Part shown: positions 7,758 to 17,147 of the stretch, one piece after another
Layout of the letters: each line of letters starts with the position of its first letter
Numbering within the stretch: the first letter of the stretch is position 1
NCBI GenBank assembly: GCA_963837465.1
Contig: CAWINB010000001.1
Span: 437,646 to 501,645, forward strand
Direction of reading: 5' to 3'
Length of the DNA: 64,000 bases
Source: Candidatus Doudnabacteria bacterium
GTDB taxonomy: Bacteria; Patescibacteriota; Doudnabacteria; UBA920
The notes under the pieces: model-generated
Databases searched by the model: none
Told to the model about the DNA's origin: nothing
What the model saw: only the letters and a program-made list of their open reading frames with translations
Translations under genes and position numbers: made by a program

Positions 7758-9164
7758 ATGGCAAATATTCTTGTCATCGGCTCGGGAGGGCGCGAACACG
7801 CTTTGGCGTGGAAGCTTAAGCAGTCGCCCAAGGTCGGCAAAATTTTTGCGGCGCCGGGGAACGGCGGCAGTTCTTTGCTGGCGGAAAATGTGGAGATTAA
7901 AGCTACAGACGTTTTGGCTTTGGCCGACTGGGCGGAAAACAATAAAATTGATTTTACGGTGGTCGGGCCGGATGACGCCCTGGCTTTGGGTATTGTGGAT
8001 GAATTCCAAAAAAGAGGCCTTAAAATTTGGGGGCCGGGCAAAGCCGCGGCTAAAATTGAATCCAGTAAGGCTTTTGCCAAAAAGCTGATGGAAGAAAATG
8101 ATATTCCGACGGCGGAGTTTAAGGTTTTTAATGATTACGGTCAAGCATTGTTATACGTTCAAAGCCATTTCCAAGGTAGCGTGCCCATCGCGTATCAAAG
8201 TATGGGACAAGCTTATGGGCGTCCTAGTTCGCCCATAAATGGGCACGCTACAAGACCCGTTGTCATCAAAGCCTCGGGCCTGGCCTTGGGCAAAGGCGTT
8301 GCCGTGTGCGAAACCTTGGACGAGGCCAAAAACTTTTTGCAAGACGTTATGGTCAATAAAATTTTCGGCGACTCCGGAAGTGAAGTCGTCATAGAAGAAT
8401 TTTTACAGGGCCGGGAATTTTCCGTCCACGCTTTTTGCGACGGCAAAAACTTTAAGCTTTTTCCGTCGGCGCAGGATCATAAAACCATTTACGACAATGA
8501 CCAAGGCCCCAACACCGGCGGTATGGGCGCCATTGCTCCGGTGCCGTGGGTTACAAATGACCTGATGAAACAAGTATCGTCGGAGATTGTAAAACCCGCG
8601 CTGGAAGGTTTAAAAAATCTGGGCTCGCCGTTTGTGGGGTTATTATATCCGGGATTGATGGCAATAACAGCCGATAAATCGGCTAACTACGCGGCTTTTG
8701 TAGTCAGCCCATTTATGGGCTCAATCAAAATTATAGAATTCAACGCCCGTTTCGGCGACCCCGAAACCCAAAGCTATATGCGCCTGCTGAAAACAGATCT
8801 TTACGATATTTTAGAAGCCTGCGTCAACGGCAGTTTGGACAAAATCAATATTGAGTGGTCAAAAAAGTCGGCCTGCTGCATAGTTTTAGCCAGCGGCGGC
8901 TACCCCGGCGAATACAAAAAAGGTTTGCCCATTACGGGAATTGCGGACGCGGAAAAAATGGATGATATCATAATTTTCCACGCCGGAACGGCAATCAAAG
9001 ATGGTCAATTAGTTACCAACGGTGGCCGCGTTTTAGGAGTCACGGCAATTGCAGATGATTTACAGACAGCGCTCAACAAAGCCTACACAGCCATCAAGCT
9101 AATCAATTTTAAAGGAATGCGATACAGAAGCGATATCGGGCAAAAAACTTTAACCTATGTTTGA
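7758..9164 (+). CDS. purD: Phosphoribosylamine-glycine ligase PurD carrying two in-frame palindromic insertions
   Basis: MANILVIGSGGREHALAWKL, VIKASGLALGKGV, GPNTGGMGA, EFNARFGDPETQ; TGA stop overlapping the next ATG (ATGTTTGA). Confidence 0.9.
   Translation: MANILVIGSGGREHALAWKLKQSPKVGKIFAAPGNGGSSLLAENVEIKATDVLALADWAENNKIDFTVVGPDDALALGIVDEFQKRGLKIWGPGKAAAKIESSKAFAKKLMEENDIPTAEFKVFNDYGQALLYVQSHFQGSVPIAYQSMGQAYGRPSSPINGHATRPVVIKASGLALGKGVAVCETLDEAKNFLQDVMVNKIFGDSGSEVVIEEFLQGREFSVHAFCDGKNFKLFPSAQDHKTIYDNDQGPNTGGMGAIAPVPWVTNDLMKQVSSEIVKPALEGLKNLGSPFVGLLYPGLMAITADKSANYAAFVVSPFMGSIKIIEFNARFGDPETQSYMRLLKTDLYDILEACVNGSLDKINIEWSKKSACCIVLASGGYPGEYKKGLPITGIADAEKMDDIIIFHAGTAIKDGQLVTNGGRVLGVTAIADDLQTALNKAYTAIKLINFKGMRYRSDIGQKTLTYV
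8176..8251. repeat. Divergent family A-like palindromic element in-frame inside purD (arms gtagcgtgcccat / atgggcacgctac; inner gcccataaatgggc)
   Basis: 13-nt perfect inverted arms; encodes about 25 extra residues relative to E. coli PurD just before the VIKADG motif. Confidence 0.7.
8667..8722. repeat. Family A palindromic element in-frame inside purD, in right-half then left-half order (aacagccgataaatcggctaactac … gtagtcagcccatttatgggct); encodes AITADKSANYAAFVVSPFMGS
   Basis: About 20-aa insertion between the conserved GLM and KVIEFN(C/A)RFGDPETQ motifs. Confidence 0.8.
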
Positions 9165-10008
9165 GCTTACCGAACAAATAAAAATTTGCAAAAAAACCCG
9201 GGAGCTGGCGTCTCAAACCGTGGCCGCGGTTTTATCTGAAAATAATTTGTCGGAAACGGGATTCTGCGCGAAATTAGCCCAAAGGCTTTATCAAAAACCC
9301 AATTGGGACCAAGGCTGGTACAGTCCGCCGCCAAAAGGCCTCGCGGCGCTGTTCGGTGTTGGGCGCGTGGCTTACGACAGCTTGCGCAAAGAAGAATTCT
9401 GGCCCAAAAACCGGTTTATTTTTTCCGGCGGTTCACTGGGTTACGTTTATGCCTCGCCAGTTAACAGGCTTAGCGGGATAATCGGCGATTTTGGCCTTAC
9501 AATTTATAAAGGCGCTGACCAAAAAATTATCAATCATATAAAAGTCTGTCTGGATATTACGGAAAAAACCGCCGAATACGCGCGGGCGGGTATGGAACTC
9601 CGGGAGGTTTACAATTACTGCCAGAAGCTGATGGCCGAAAAAGGCCTCAACAATAAAAGGATGCTGGCATATAATGACAAAACCAAAACTAACATAGGGC
9701 ATACTGTCCCCTGGAGTCATAAGCGGCCTTTGGATGAAGAATTTAAGATAATTGAAGATTCAAATTTTGAAAAACTTAAAGATCTCATCAGCTCAAAGCG
9801 GATAACATTAAACGCGCGAGAAACTTTTAAAATTCCCCCAACCATTGCTTTTACAATTGAACCTCGTATGGAAAACGACGAGAGTCCACTTGTCTCATTT
9901 CATATGATTGTGGCTTTTAAAGATGGCAAAAAAGAAATCCTGGCAAATTTCAAACCGGTTTTTCAGGCCTTAAATATGGATAAATTAATTGTCAGCAAGT
10001 ATGATTAA
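9157..10008 (+). CDS. Divergent M24-family (methionine aminopeptidase / pita-bread fold) protein of unknown role inside the pur operon
   Basis: Weak motif matches NIGHTVPW (HGIGH-like) and IAFTIEPRM (FTIEP); 283 aa; start overlaps the purD stop. Confidence 0.35.
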   Translation: MFELTEQIKICKKTRELASQTVAAVLSENNLSETGFCAKLAQRLYQKPNWDQGWYSPPPKGLAALFGVGRVAYDSLRKEEFWPKNRFIFSGGSLGYVYASPVNRLSGIIGDFGLTIYKGADQKIINHIKVCLDITEKTAEYARAGMELREVYNYCQKLMAEKGLNNKRMLAYNDKTKTNIGHTVPWSHKRPLDEEFKIIEDSNFEKLKDLISSKRITLNARETFKIPPTIAFTIEPRMENDESPLVSFHMIVAFKDGKKEILANFKPVFQALNMDKLIVSKYD

Positions 10009-10672
10009 ACTCATTGCTTTTGACTGGAATGGCACTTTGCTTTCGGATGCCGCCCTTACCGTTAAAGCCGAAAATAAGGCTTTAACAGCTGTAGGGGTAA
10101 AGCCAATAACCCTGACAGAATTTAGGGAAGCTTTTGACATACCTATAACAAAATATTGGAAAAATATCGGTTTCTCGGACAAATTCGCTAAAGCCAACCT
10201 CCGGACTCTTGAAGACGTGTTTCATTTAAACTATAAAAAAATGACGGCCAAGGCAGAAACACGCTCGGGGGTCAGGGAAATTTTAAAATGGTTGAAAAAA
10301 ATAAGAATTAAAACGGTTATTTACAGCAACCACGACATACCGGACATTAAAAGACATTTGTCCCGACTAAAATTAAGCGGACTCCTGGATGAGGTCTTAG
10401 CCAACAAAGCGGACGAGCGGCTGCAGGTTTTTATAAGGCATAAGGGTGAAAAGCTTCACCGTTACTGCCTGAAAAATAAAATTAAGCCTCACGAAATAAT
10501 TTCCGTTGGAGATATGGAAGAGGAAATAGACATTGCCAAAAAATACGGCTACCACAGTGTCGCGCTTACCGGAGGTTTTAATTCCACCGTCCAGCTAAAA
10601 AGTAAGCATCCTGACTTTTTAATCAACAACATGAGAGAACTTATAGGGATTATCAAAAAGCTTAATTCCTGA
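10001..10672 (+). CDS. HAD-superfamily hydrolase
   Basis: Motif I FDWNGTL and motif IV GDMEEEID; ATG 10001 overlaps the upstream stop (ATGATTAA); TGA stop. Confidence 0.65.
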   Translation: MIKLIAFDWNGTLLSDAALTVKAENKALTAVGVKPITLTEFREAFDIPITKYWKNIGFSDKFAKANLRTLEDVFHLNYKKMTAKAETRSGVREILKWLKKIRIKTVIYSNHDIPDIKRHLSRLKLSGLLDEVLANKADERLQVFIRHKGEKLHRYCLKNKIKPHEIISVGDMEEEIDIAKKYGYHSVALTGGFNSTVQLKSKHPDFLINNMRELIGIIKKLNS

Positions 10673-10716
10673 TAATATAAAGTTATAAATCTAATATTCT
10701 AAATCTTACATCTTAT

Positions 10717-11229
10717 ATGAATCCACTTGTAGGAATTCTAATGGGTAGTGACAGCGACCTTAATGTGATGCGGGAGGCGGCCAAGGTTTTGGAGGAATTT
10801 GGCGTGGGTTATGAAATAACCGTTTGTTCGGCCCATCGCACCCCGGAACGGGCGCATAAGTACGCGTCTACGGCAGTCGAAAGAGGCCTTAAAGTTATTG
10901 TTGCCAGCGCTGGCGGCGCGGCGCATTTAGCTGGAGTTATGGCGGCCAATACAACTCTGCCTGTTATTGGCGTGCCTATCAATTGGAAACTTAATGGCCT
11001 GGATTCCCTGCTATCCACCGCGCAAATGCCGCCGGGCGTTCCTGTGGCTACAGTAGGAATAGACGCCGGCAAAAACGCCGGACTGTTAGCCGTGCAAATT
11101 TTGGCAACGGCCGATGAAGCTTTAAGCAAAAAGCTTACCGACTACAAAACCAAAATGGCGGAACAAATAAACGCCAAAGCTAAAAAATTGGAAGAGATGG
11201 GGTATAAAAAATATTTGGAATCAAAGTAA
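10717..11229 (+). CDS. purE: AIR carboxylase / N5-CAIR mutase PurE
   Basis: GILMGSDSD…CSAHRTP…[18 protein letters not shown]. Confidence 0.9.
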   Translation: MNPLVGILMGSDSDLNVMREAAKVLEEFGVGYEITVCSAHRTPERAHKYASTAVERGLKVIVASAGGAAHLAGVMAANTTLPVIGVPINWKLNGLDSLLSTAQMPPGVPVATVGIDAGKNAGLLAVQILATADEALSKKLTDYKTKMAEQINAKAKKLEEMGYKKYLESK

Positions 11230-11231
11230 AT

Positions 11232-11297
11232 GTAGTTAGCCCTATTTTCTGGGCTGTCCCCTACCATAAATTAACAGCCGATAAATCGGCTAACTAC
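11232..11297. repeat. Family A palindromic element, copy filling the purE-purM spacer
   Basis: gtagttagccctattttctgggctgtcc…aacagccgataaatcggctaactac. Confidence 0.85.
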
Positions 11298-11306
11298 AAA
11301 AACACG

Positions 11307-12440
11307 ATGACTAAATCAGAATACGCCAAATCCGGAGTGGACTATACTGTTATGGAGCCTTTTAAGATGGCTATGATCGCGGCCGGGAAGAAGACTTTAA
11401 AGTTCCCCAATAAGCGGAGGGTTTTTATTAACGAAGACGCGGCGCACGCCCACGGCGCCGTGTTTGAATACAGAGGCGCAAGTCCGCACATTTGGTGCCA
11501 GACCCAGGAAGATTTAGGGAACAAAAACTGGATAGCGGAATGGATGTATGAAAGGACGGGAAAAAGTTATTATGATTCCATAGCGATTGATACCGCGCTA
11601 ATTGTGGTCAACGATGTTATTGCCCAGGGCGCTATGCCCGTGGTTTTTACGGACCAACTGGAAGCATCGGAAAGTTCCTGGTATGCCGACGAAAAACGGG
11701 CTAAAGATTTCGCGGACGGATTTTTAAAAATCTGCGAGGAAGTCGGTATGGCTTTGCCGGCCGGCGAAAGCGCCAGTTGCACTTATTTGATTAACCCCAA
11801 GGCTCCGGTAAAACAAATTGCCACATTAAGCGGCTCGGTTACAGGAATTGTCGCGCCCAAACAAAATTTAATTACGGGACAAAAATTGCAGGCAGGAGAT
11901 CACATCATAGCGGTGTCATCATCTGGCCTGCACGCCAACGGAATTTCTTTGGTCATAAAAAAGGCCATGGAGTTGCCGGAGCAGTTTTTAACGAAAATTG
12001 ATACTGACGGCATGCCCCGGCATGCCGCTACGATCGGAGAACAAGCTTTAATCCCCACGCGATCTTACGTTAAGTTAATAGAAACGCTTTTGGAAAACCG
12101 GATTAAAATCCACGCCTTGCTCCCCGGCACCGGCGACGGCGTGGGCAAAATCGCCTTTGACCACCGCAGCTTTACTTACCGTATACATTCCTGGCTGCCT
12201 GTGCCGCCGCTTATGCGCTATTTTAAAGATGTGATAGGAATTAACATCCAGGACTGCCTAAAAACCTTTAACTGGGGTGTCGGCTACTATATTTTTACTC
12301 CGGCCGAGGAAGTTGATAGAATACTTAAGCTGGGTAAGCAGGCTGGTTACGAACTCGCGGATGTGGGAATTGTAGAAGCCGGAAAAAGACAAACAATTTT
12401 TGAACCTGAGAATATAACATTAAACCCTCCGGGGGAGTAA
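11307..12440 (+). CDS. purM: AIR synthase-related (PurM-like) protein
   Basis: YAKSGVDY and IAIDTALIVVNDVIAQGAMP align with PurM SYKDAGVDI / [20 protein letters not shown]; divergent, 377 aa. Confidence 0.65.
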   Translation: MTKSEYAKSGVDYTVMEPFKMAMIAAGKKTLKFPNKRRVFINEDAAHAHGAVFEYRGASPHIWCQTQEDLGNKNWIAEWMYERTGKSYYDSIAIDTALIVVNDVIAQGAMPVVFTDQLEASESSWYADEKRAKDFADGFLKICEEVGMALPAGESASCTYLINPKAPVKQIATLSGSVTGIVAPKQNLITGQKLQAGDHIIAVSSSGLHANGISLVIKKAMELPEQFLTKIDTDGMPRHAATIGEQALIPTRSYVKLIETLLENRIKIHALLPGTGDGVGKIAFDHRSFTYRIHSWLPVPPLMRYFKDVIGINIQDCLKTFNWGVGYYIFTPAEEVDRILKLGKQAGYELADVGIVEAGKRQTIFEPENITLNPPGE

Positions 12441-12448
12441 AAGTATCT

Positions 12449-12509
12449 GGTATTTTGTATAGTATTTAGCATGGAGACGCTTTGATACTAAATACTATAT
12501 ACAAAATAC
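12449..12509. repeat. AT-rich long hairpin (about 22-bp arms) in the purM-purC spacer
   Basis: ggtattttgtatagtatttagcat … atactaaatactatatacaaaatac; no U-tract follows. Confidence 0.6.
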
Positions 12510-12524
12510 TTAATACTACAAAAT

Positions 12525-13526
12525 ATGGACAAACAAACCATTGAAAAAAACTTAGACAGGGTGTTGGAAAAAACAGTTTTTTCCGCCAAAGGCGGATCCG
12601 CCTCCGGCGGAAAAAACCTTAACCTCGGCCAACGGCGGCAAGGGAAGGTGCGGGATATTTATACCCAAGCTGATAAGATTATTTTAGTATCAACCGATCG
12701 CTATAGCGCTTTTGACCGAAACCTGGCGCTTATTCCATTTAAGGGCCAAGTATTAACCCAGGTCAGCAAGTGGTGGTTTGAGCAGACCAAGGATATTATC
12801 CAGAACCATCTTATAGAAAGTCCGGACCCTAACGTGGTGGTGGTAAAAAAATGCTCGGTCATTCCAATAGAAATGGTGGTAAGGGGTTACATTACGGGCG
12901 TGACCGGCACATCTTTATGGACTTTGTACCAAAACGGCCAGCGGGATTTTGGCGACTTTACATTGCCGGACGGGATGAAAAAAAACCAAAAATTGGACAA
13001 GCCGGTGCTGACTCCCACGACCAAATCCGACGAGCACGACAAACCGCTGACGACCAAAGAAATAATTGAACAAAAAATCGTGCCCAAAGAACTGTGGAAA
13101 CAATTAGCAAGCACGGCGACCAAACTTTTTATCCGTGGTCAGGAGCTGGCTTTACAGCACGGGTTAATTTTAGTGGATACTAAGTATGAGTTTGGATTGG
13201 CTGATGATGGTAGGCTGATGTTAATAGACGAAATCCACACGCCGGATTCATCGCGCTACTGGCAGGCGGATTCCTACCAGGCCAGAATAGACGAAGGAAA
13301 AGAACCGCAGAATTTTGACAAAGAATTTTTAAGGTTGTGGTTTAAGGAAAATTCAAACCCCTACGAAGACAAAATTTTACCAAAAGCTCCCTCAGATATG
13401 ATAGCGGAACTTTCTTCCCGCTACATCCAGATTTTTGAACAAATTACCGGGGAAAAATTTGAGGCTGATTTGGACACGCCGATTGTGGAGAGGATAGAAA
13501 AGAATTTAAGACGTTTCGGAGTGTAG
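12525..13526 (+). CDS. purC: SAICAR synthetase PurC (long form)
   Basis: GKVRDIY, VVRGYITG, LILVDTKYEFG motifs; the TAG stop is supplied by the first bases of a family A element. Confidence 0.85.
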   Translation: MDKQTIEKNLDRVLEKTVFSAKGGSASGGKNLNLGQRRQGKVRDIYTQADKIILVSTDRYSAFDRNLALIPFKGQVLTQVSKWWFEQTKDIIQNHLIESPDPNVVVVKKCSVIPIEMVVRGYITGVTGTSLWTLYQNGQRDFGDFTLPDGMKKNQKLDKPVLTPTTKSDEHDKPLTTKEIIEQKIVPKELWKQLASTATKLFIRGQELALQHGLILVDTKYEFGLADDGRLMLIDEIHTPDSSRYWQADSYQARIDEGKEPQNFDKEFLRLWFKENSNPYEDKILPKAPSDMIAELSSRYIQIFEQITGEKFEADLDTPIVERIEKNLRRFGV

Positions 13527-13603
13527 TTAGCCCATTTATGGGCTGTTGAAATATTACTGTTGTTATTTAATAGTTTTGAACAGCCCATAAATGGGCTAAC
13601 TAC
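13523..13603. repeat. Family A palindromic element filling the purC-purB spacer (it overlaps the purC stop codon)
   Basis: gtagttagcccatttatgggctgtt…aacagcccataaatgggctaactac. Confidence 0.85.
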
Positions 13604-13607
13604 AACT

Positions 13608-14993
13608 ATGCTAAACTCCATCTCTCCTATCGACGGCCGCTACGGCAAAACCACCGAATCTTTAGCTAAATATTTCAGCGAAGCCGCGCTTATGAAATTC
13701 CGCCTTATTGTTGAAGGTGAATATTTAATCGCGCTGGCGGATTTAAAAGTCGCGCGGAAATTATCGGACAAAGAAAAGCAAACCATCCGCTCTTTGTATA
13801 ACTTGTCTGAAACCGATGCCCAAATAATTTCCGATATAGAAACCAGGGGCTACAAAAACATAAAAGCCACGGACCATGACGTTAAAGCCGTGGAGTATTT
13901 TATGAAGTATAAACTGGCAGAGACATCATTAAAAGATATTTTGGAATATCTGCATTTTGCGCTGACTTCCTATGATACCAATACTGTTGCTCGTGGATTA
14001 ATGCTAAGCGACGGCTTGGGGAACATCTTGCTGCCAAAAATTGATGAAATCATCAAAGCTTTAAACACTCTGGCAAAAAAATATGTTAGGCTGGCAATTT
14101 TAGCCCGCACTCACGGCCAGCCCGCTTCTCCAACGACTTTTGGCAAGGAATTTAAAGTCTTTGCGTTTCGTCTGGAAAAACAAATTCGATTACTTAAAAA
14201 TTTAAAAGTTTCGGTCAAATTCAGCGGCGCCAGCGGCAACTACAATGCCCATATGGCAGCTTATCCTAAAATTAATTGGTTAAAATTTTCGCAAAAATTC
14301 GTGGGGGGGTTTAATAAAAATCGAGCGGTTAAAATCGAGCTGAACGAAATTGCCACCCAAATTGACCCTCACGACCGCGAAGCGGAAATTTTTGACTGCC
14401 TGCGCCGCATTAATACTATCCTCATAGATTTTAACCAGGACATCTGGCGCTATATTTCCGATGATTGGATTGTTCAAAAACCAGTTGAGGGCGCCGTCGG
14501 CAGCAGCACAATGCCGCACAAAGTTAATCCGATTAAATTTGAGAACAGCGAAGGCAACCTGGGGCTGGCCAACGCGCTGTTTGAATTTTTCGCCCGCAAA
14601 CTGCCTGTTAGCCGGCTGCAAAGGGACTTGTCGGATTCCACGGTTGAGAGAAATTTCGGGACCGCTTTGGCGCACTGCTTAATCGCCTACGAATATCTGC
14701 TCAAAGGATTGTCGCGAATAACCATTAACGAACAAAAAGTCCGCGCCGACTTAAACAGCCATCCGGAAATTTTGGCCGAAGCCATGCAAACCGTCCTGCG
14801 GCGCGAAGGCCTTAAAATGCCTTATGAACAACTAAAGGAATTAACCCGCGGCAGACAAATCACTCTGGCTGACCTTCATAAATTTATTGGCGAGCTGAAC
14901 ATTAGCGATAAAGTAAAAAAAGAGCTCAAAACGTTTACTCCGGAAAATTATATTGGCCTGGCAAGCAAATTATCATCGGATAAATTTAAATAA
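13608..14993 (+). CDS. purB: Adenylosuccinate lyase PurB
   Basis: MLNSISPIDGRYG aligns with the E. coli PurB N-terminus (SPVDGRYG); HDVKAVEYF, SSTMPHKVNP; start is ATG 13608, the ORF track start at 13560 lies inside the repeat. Confidence 0.9.
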   Translation: MLNSISPIDGRYGKTTESLAKYFSEAALMKFRLIVEGEYLIALADLKVARKLSDKEKQTIRSLYNLSETDAQIISDIETRGYKNIKATDHDVKAVEYFMKYKLAETSLKDILEYLHFALTSYDTNTVARGLMLSDGLGNILLPKIDEIIKALNTLAKKYVRLAILARTHGQPASPTTFGKEFKVFAFRLEKQIRLLKNLKVSVKFSGASGNYNAHMAAYPKINWLKFSQKFVGGFNKNRAVKIELNEIATQIDPHDREAEIFDCLRRINTILIDFNQDIWRYISDDWIVQKPVEGAVGSSTMPHKVNPIKFENSEGNLGLANALFEFFARKLPVSRLQRDLSDSTVERNFGTALAHCLIAYEYLLKGLSRITINEQKVRADLNSHPEILAEAMQTVLRREGLKMPYEQLKELTRGRQITLADLHKFIGELNISDKVKKELKTFTPENYIGLASKLSSDKFK

Positions 14994-15224
14994 AGGTTCC
15001 CCGCGGCAGAGCTGACGAGGTATTAACGCGGGAGCGGCTATCTTTTCGGAGCGGAGCTCCGCGGTATTGAACCTGTATTAAGACTCCTTCGACCCGGAAA
15101 TTAAACAGCAAGCTATTTAATTTCTCCCGCTCTTACGCCCGCGAATAAAGACACGGCCATTCATCTGGATCCCGGATATTTTTTACAGCCCTAAAAAATT
15201 CCGGGATGGACACATCTAAAAAAC

Positions 15225-15258
15225 AGCCCGGGATGTAAATTCGGGGCTGTTTTTATTT
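15225..15258 (+). terminator. Probable bidirectional intrinsic terminator between convergent purB and the YibE/F gene
   Basis: Hairpin cagcccggg…cggggctg followed by TTTTTATTT, with an A-run upstream. Confidence 0.5.
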
Positions 15259-15260
15259 CC

Positions 15261-16448
15261 CTATTTCCCTATTTCCCCGCTAAAATAGTAAGCTGCCAAC
15301 GCCGTGGTTATGGGCACTGCCAAAATCAGCGCGGTACTGCCCACCAGCGCCCGGGCAATTTCCTCGGCCAAAGATTCGCTGTTTATTATTGCCCAAAGCT
15401 GTCCCTGGCCTGTGGTCAAAATAACCAGCAAAAACAAAGGCAGGGAGGCCCCGACATAAGTAAGCACCAAACTGTTGATTAAAGAAGCAATATGCTCTCG
15501 CCCGATTGAACTGCCTTTTTTATAGAGCTGACTGAAAGTTAAGTTATTATCGGCATAAAAAATTTCTTCCACTGCCGCGGATTGCGCCGTGGTAATGTCG
15601 TTTAGGACTCCGAGCGCGCCAATGATAACGCCGCCCAAAAGCAGGCCCTGCAAATTAATGTTGCCCAAAAAACCCTGCTGTAAATAAAAAGCCTCCTGCG
15701 AGCCGTTGCCGATTAACTTCGCGCCGATGATGACAAAATAAGCCGCGGCCTCGGCCAAAGCCAGAGTTACCAAAGTCCCGATAACGGCAATTAGCGTGCG
15801 CTGTTTAAAGCCGTGTGCCAAAAACATTGAGATTAGCGCGATGCTTCCGGCGCCGACCACAGTAACAACGGTGGGGTTTTTTCCGGCAATAATATTGGGC
15901 GCGATAAAAAAAATTAAAATTCCGATGCTCACGCAAAGGCCGATTACGGAAGTCAGTCCCCTTAAACGGCCAATTGCCACGGCCAAAAGCAAAAACGCCG
16001 CGGCCAGCCATTCAAGCGCGGGCAGGCGGTAACGGTCCACCAGCACATAACTGACCGCGTCCGTGCCGCTTCCAAAAATGTCCGCCGATTCCGGTTGCTC
16101 AATTTTTCCCACCACAATCACATCGCCGACCTTAATCTGCTGCAGGCGCAGGCTGGTTAGCTGCTCATCCTGCTGGACTTGCTCCTGCTGCCCTTTTTGG
16201 GAACCGCTTAACAAAGTAACGTTTAAATCTGCCGTAATTCTGGAATAACGCTTGCCCTGTTCCGCAATCTGCCCAGAAACACTGTCCACCCTGGCCTTAT
16301 CCAGTTCGCCGTAAGACAACTGGCTACTATCCGCTGCCTGCACCGCAAACTGCTGGTTATTAACCTTGGGTTCTTTTTCAACCTTGTACCAACCAAAAGC
16401 CAAAATAATTGCGCAAACAACAACAAAGCCGACTAAATATTTCTTCAT
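15261..16448 (-). CDS. YibE/F-family integral membrane protein
   Basis: Multi-pass membrane protein with an N-terminal extracytoplasmic Gln-rich domain; family assignment from memory of YibE/F topology. Confidence 0.5.
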   Translation of the reverse strand: MKKYLVGFVVVCAIILAFGWYKVEKEPKVNNQQFAVQAADSSQLSYGELDKARVDSVSGQIAEQGKRYSRITADLNVTLLSGSQKGQQEQVQQDEQLTSLRLQQIKVGDVIVVGKIEQPESADIFGSGTDAVSYVLVDRYRLPALEWLAAAFLLLAVAIGRLRGLTSVIGLCVSIGILIFFIAPNIIAGKNPTVVTVVGAGSIALISMFLAHGFKQRTLIAVIGTLVTLALAEAAAYFVIIGAKLIGNGSQEAFYLQQGFLGNINLQGLLLGGVIIGALGVLNDITTAQSAAVEEIFYADNNLTFSQLYKKGSSIGREHIASLINSLVLTYVGASLPLFLLVILTTGQGQLWAIINSESLAEEIARALVGSTALILAVPITTALAAYYFSGEIGK

Positions 16449-16551
16449 ACAAATATTTTAGCATAAATATGGCTTGTCACTACGCGGGATGTTAAAGGTA
16501 CGATAAATATAAGGATAGGAAGGATACATTTGCTAAACGCACCGCCTTTGT

Positions 16552-17085
16552 TTAAGCCTTATTAATTTGCATTAGATATTCCGGTTCGGTTTCATCAGGC
16601 AACCGCACGGTTTTTAAATATCTAAAACCGGCTTTTTCGTAAGCTTTTATGGCTCCAATATTTTTAGGCTCTGGTCCGACTACGCAACTAACAATTTCTG
16701 GTTTGGTGAATACAATGTCTGCTAAAAAGTTTTTTATAATCTCCGCGCCCAACCCCTTATGGATGTAGTTAATGTCGCCGATAAACAGATCAAGCCCAGC
16801 GGCTTCTTCGTTTAATTCCAGATGCCTGCTATATTCAGGATAATCTTTGATTAGATAAGTTTGAATGTAGCCAATTGGCATGTCGTAATAGAAAATAATA
16901 TAACTTTGAGTGGATTCATTTTCTTTAAGAATTGAATTATATTTTTCAGCAACTGCTTGAAAATCAGATAGATCCTTATTTTTATCGTACCATTGTTTAA
17001 CGTGAGGCTGATTGTGTCAAAGGTGCAATAACATCAAGTCTTTTTCTTGTATAGGCCTAAAACCAAATTGGCTATTTACGATCAT
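16552..17085 (-). pseudogene. AAC(6')-Ib-like GNAT N-acetyltransferase with an in-frame TGA at 17017-17019 in the Trp position of the YEWLN motif
   Basis: Both halves align with AAC(6')-Ib (LMLLHL*HNQPHVKQWYD vs LAMLYEWLNRSHIVEWWG; PIGYIQTY; KGLGAEII; AIKAYEKAGF); the ORF track only calls the 109-aa part after the stop. Confidence 0.6.
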
Positions 17086-17147
17086 ATTTTAATTATATCA
17101 AAAATTGGTTTCACCATCCCATCTTGCCTATGCTATAGCGACATCCC

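Noticed and set aside
12851-13123. Small overlapping ORFs inside purC, purB and the transporter genes
   Set aside because: They are internal alternative-frame ORFs under 80 aa with no conservation signal.
15000-15224. Structured GC-rich region after purB (ccgcggcagagctgacgagg … ggagctccgcgg) as a possible ncRNA
   Set aside because: It only has inverted repeats consistent with 3'-UTR terminator structures between convergent genes, with no similarity I can recognise to tmRNA, SRP, RNase P or 6S RNA. Kept only as a terminator feature.
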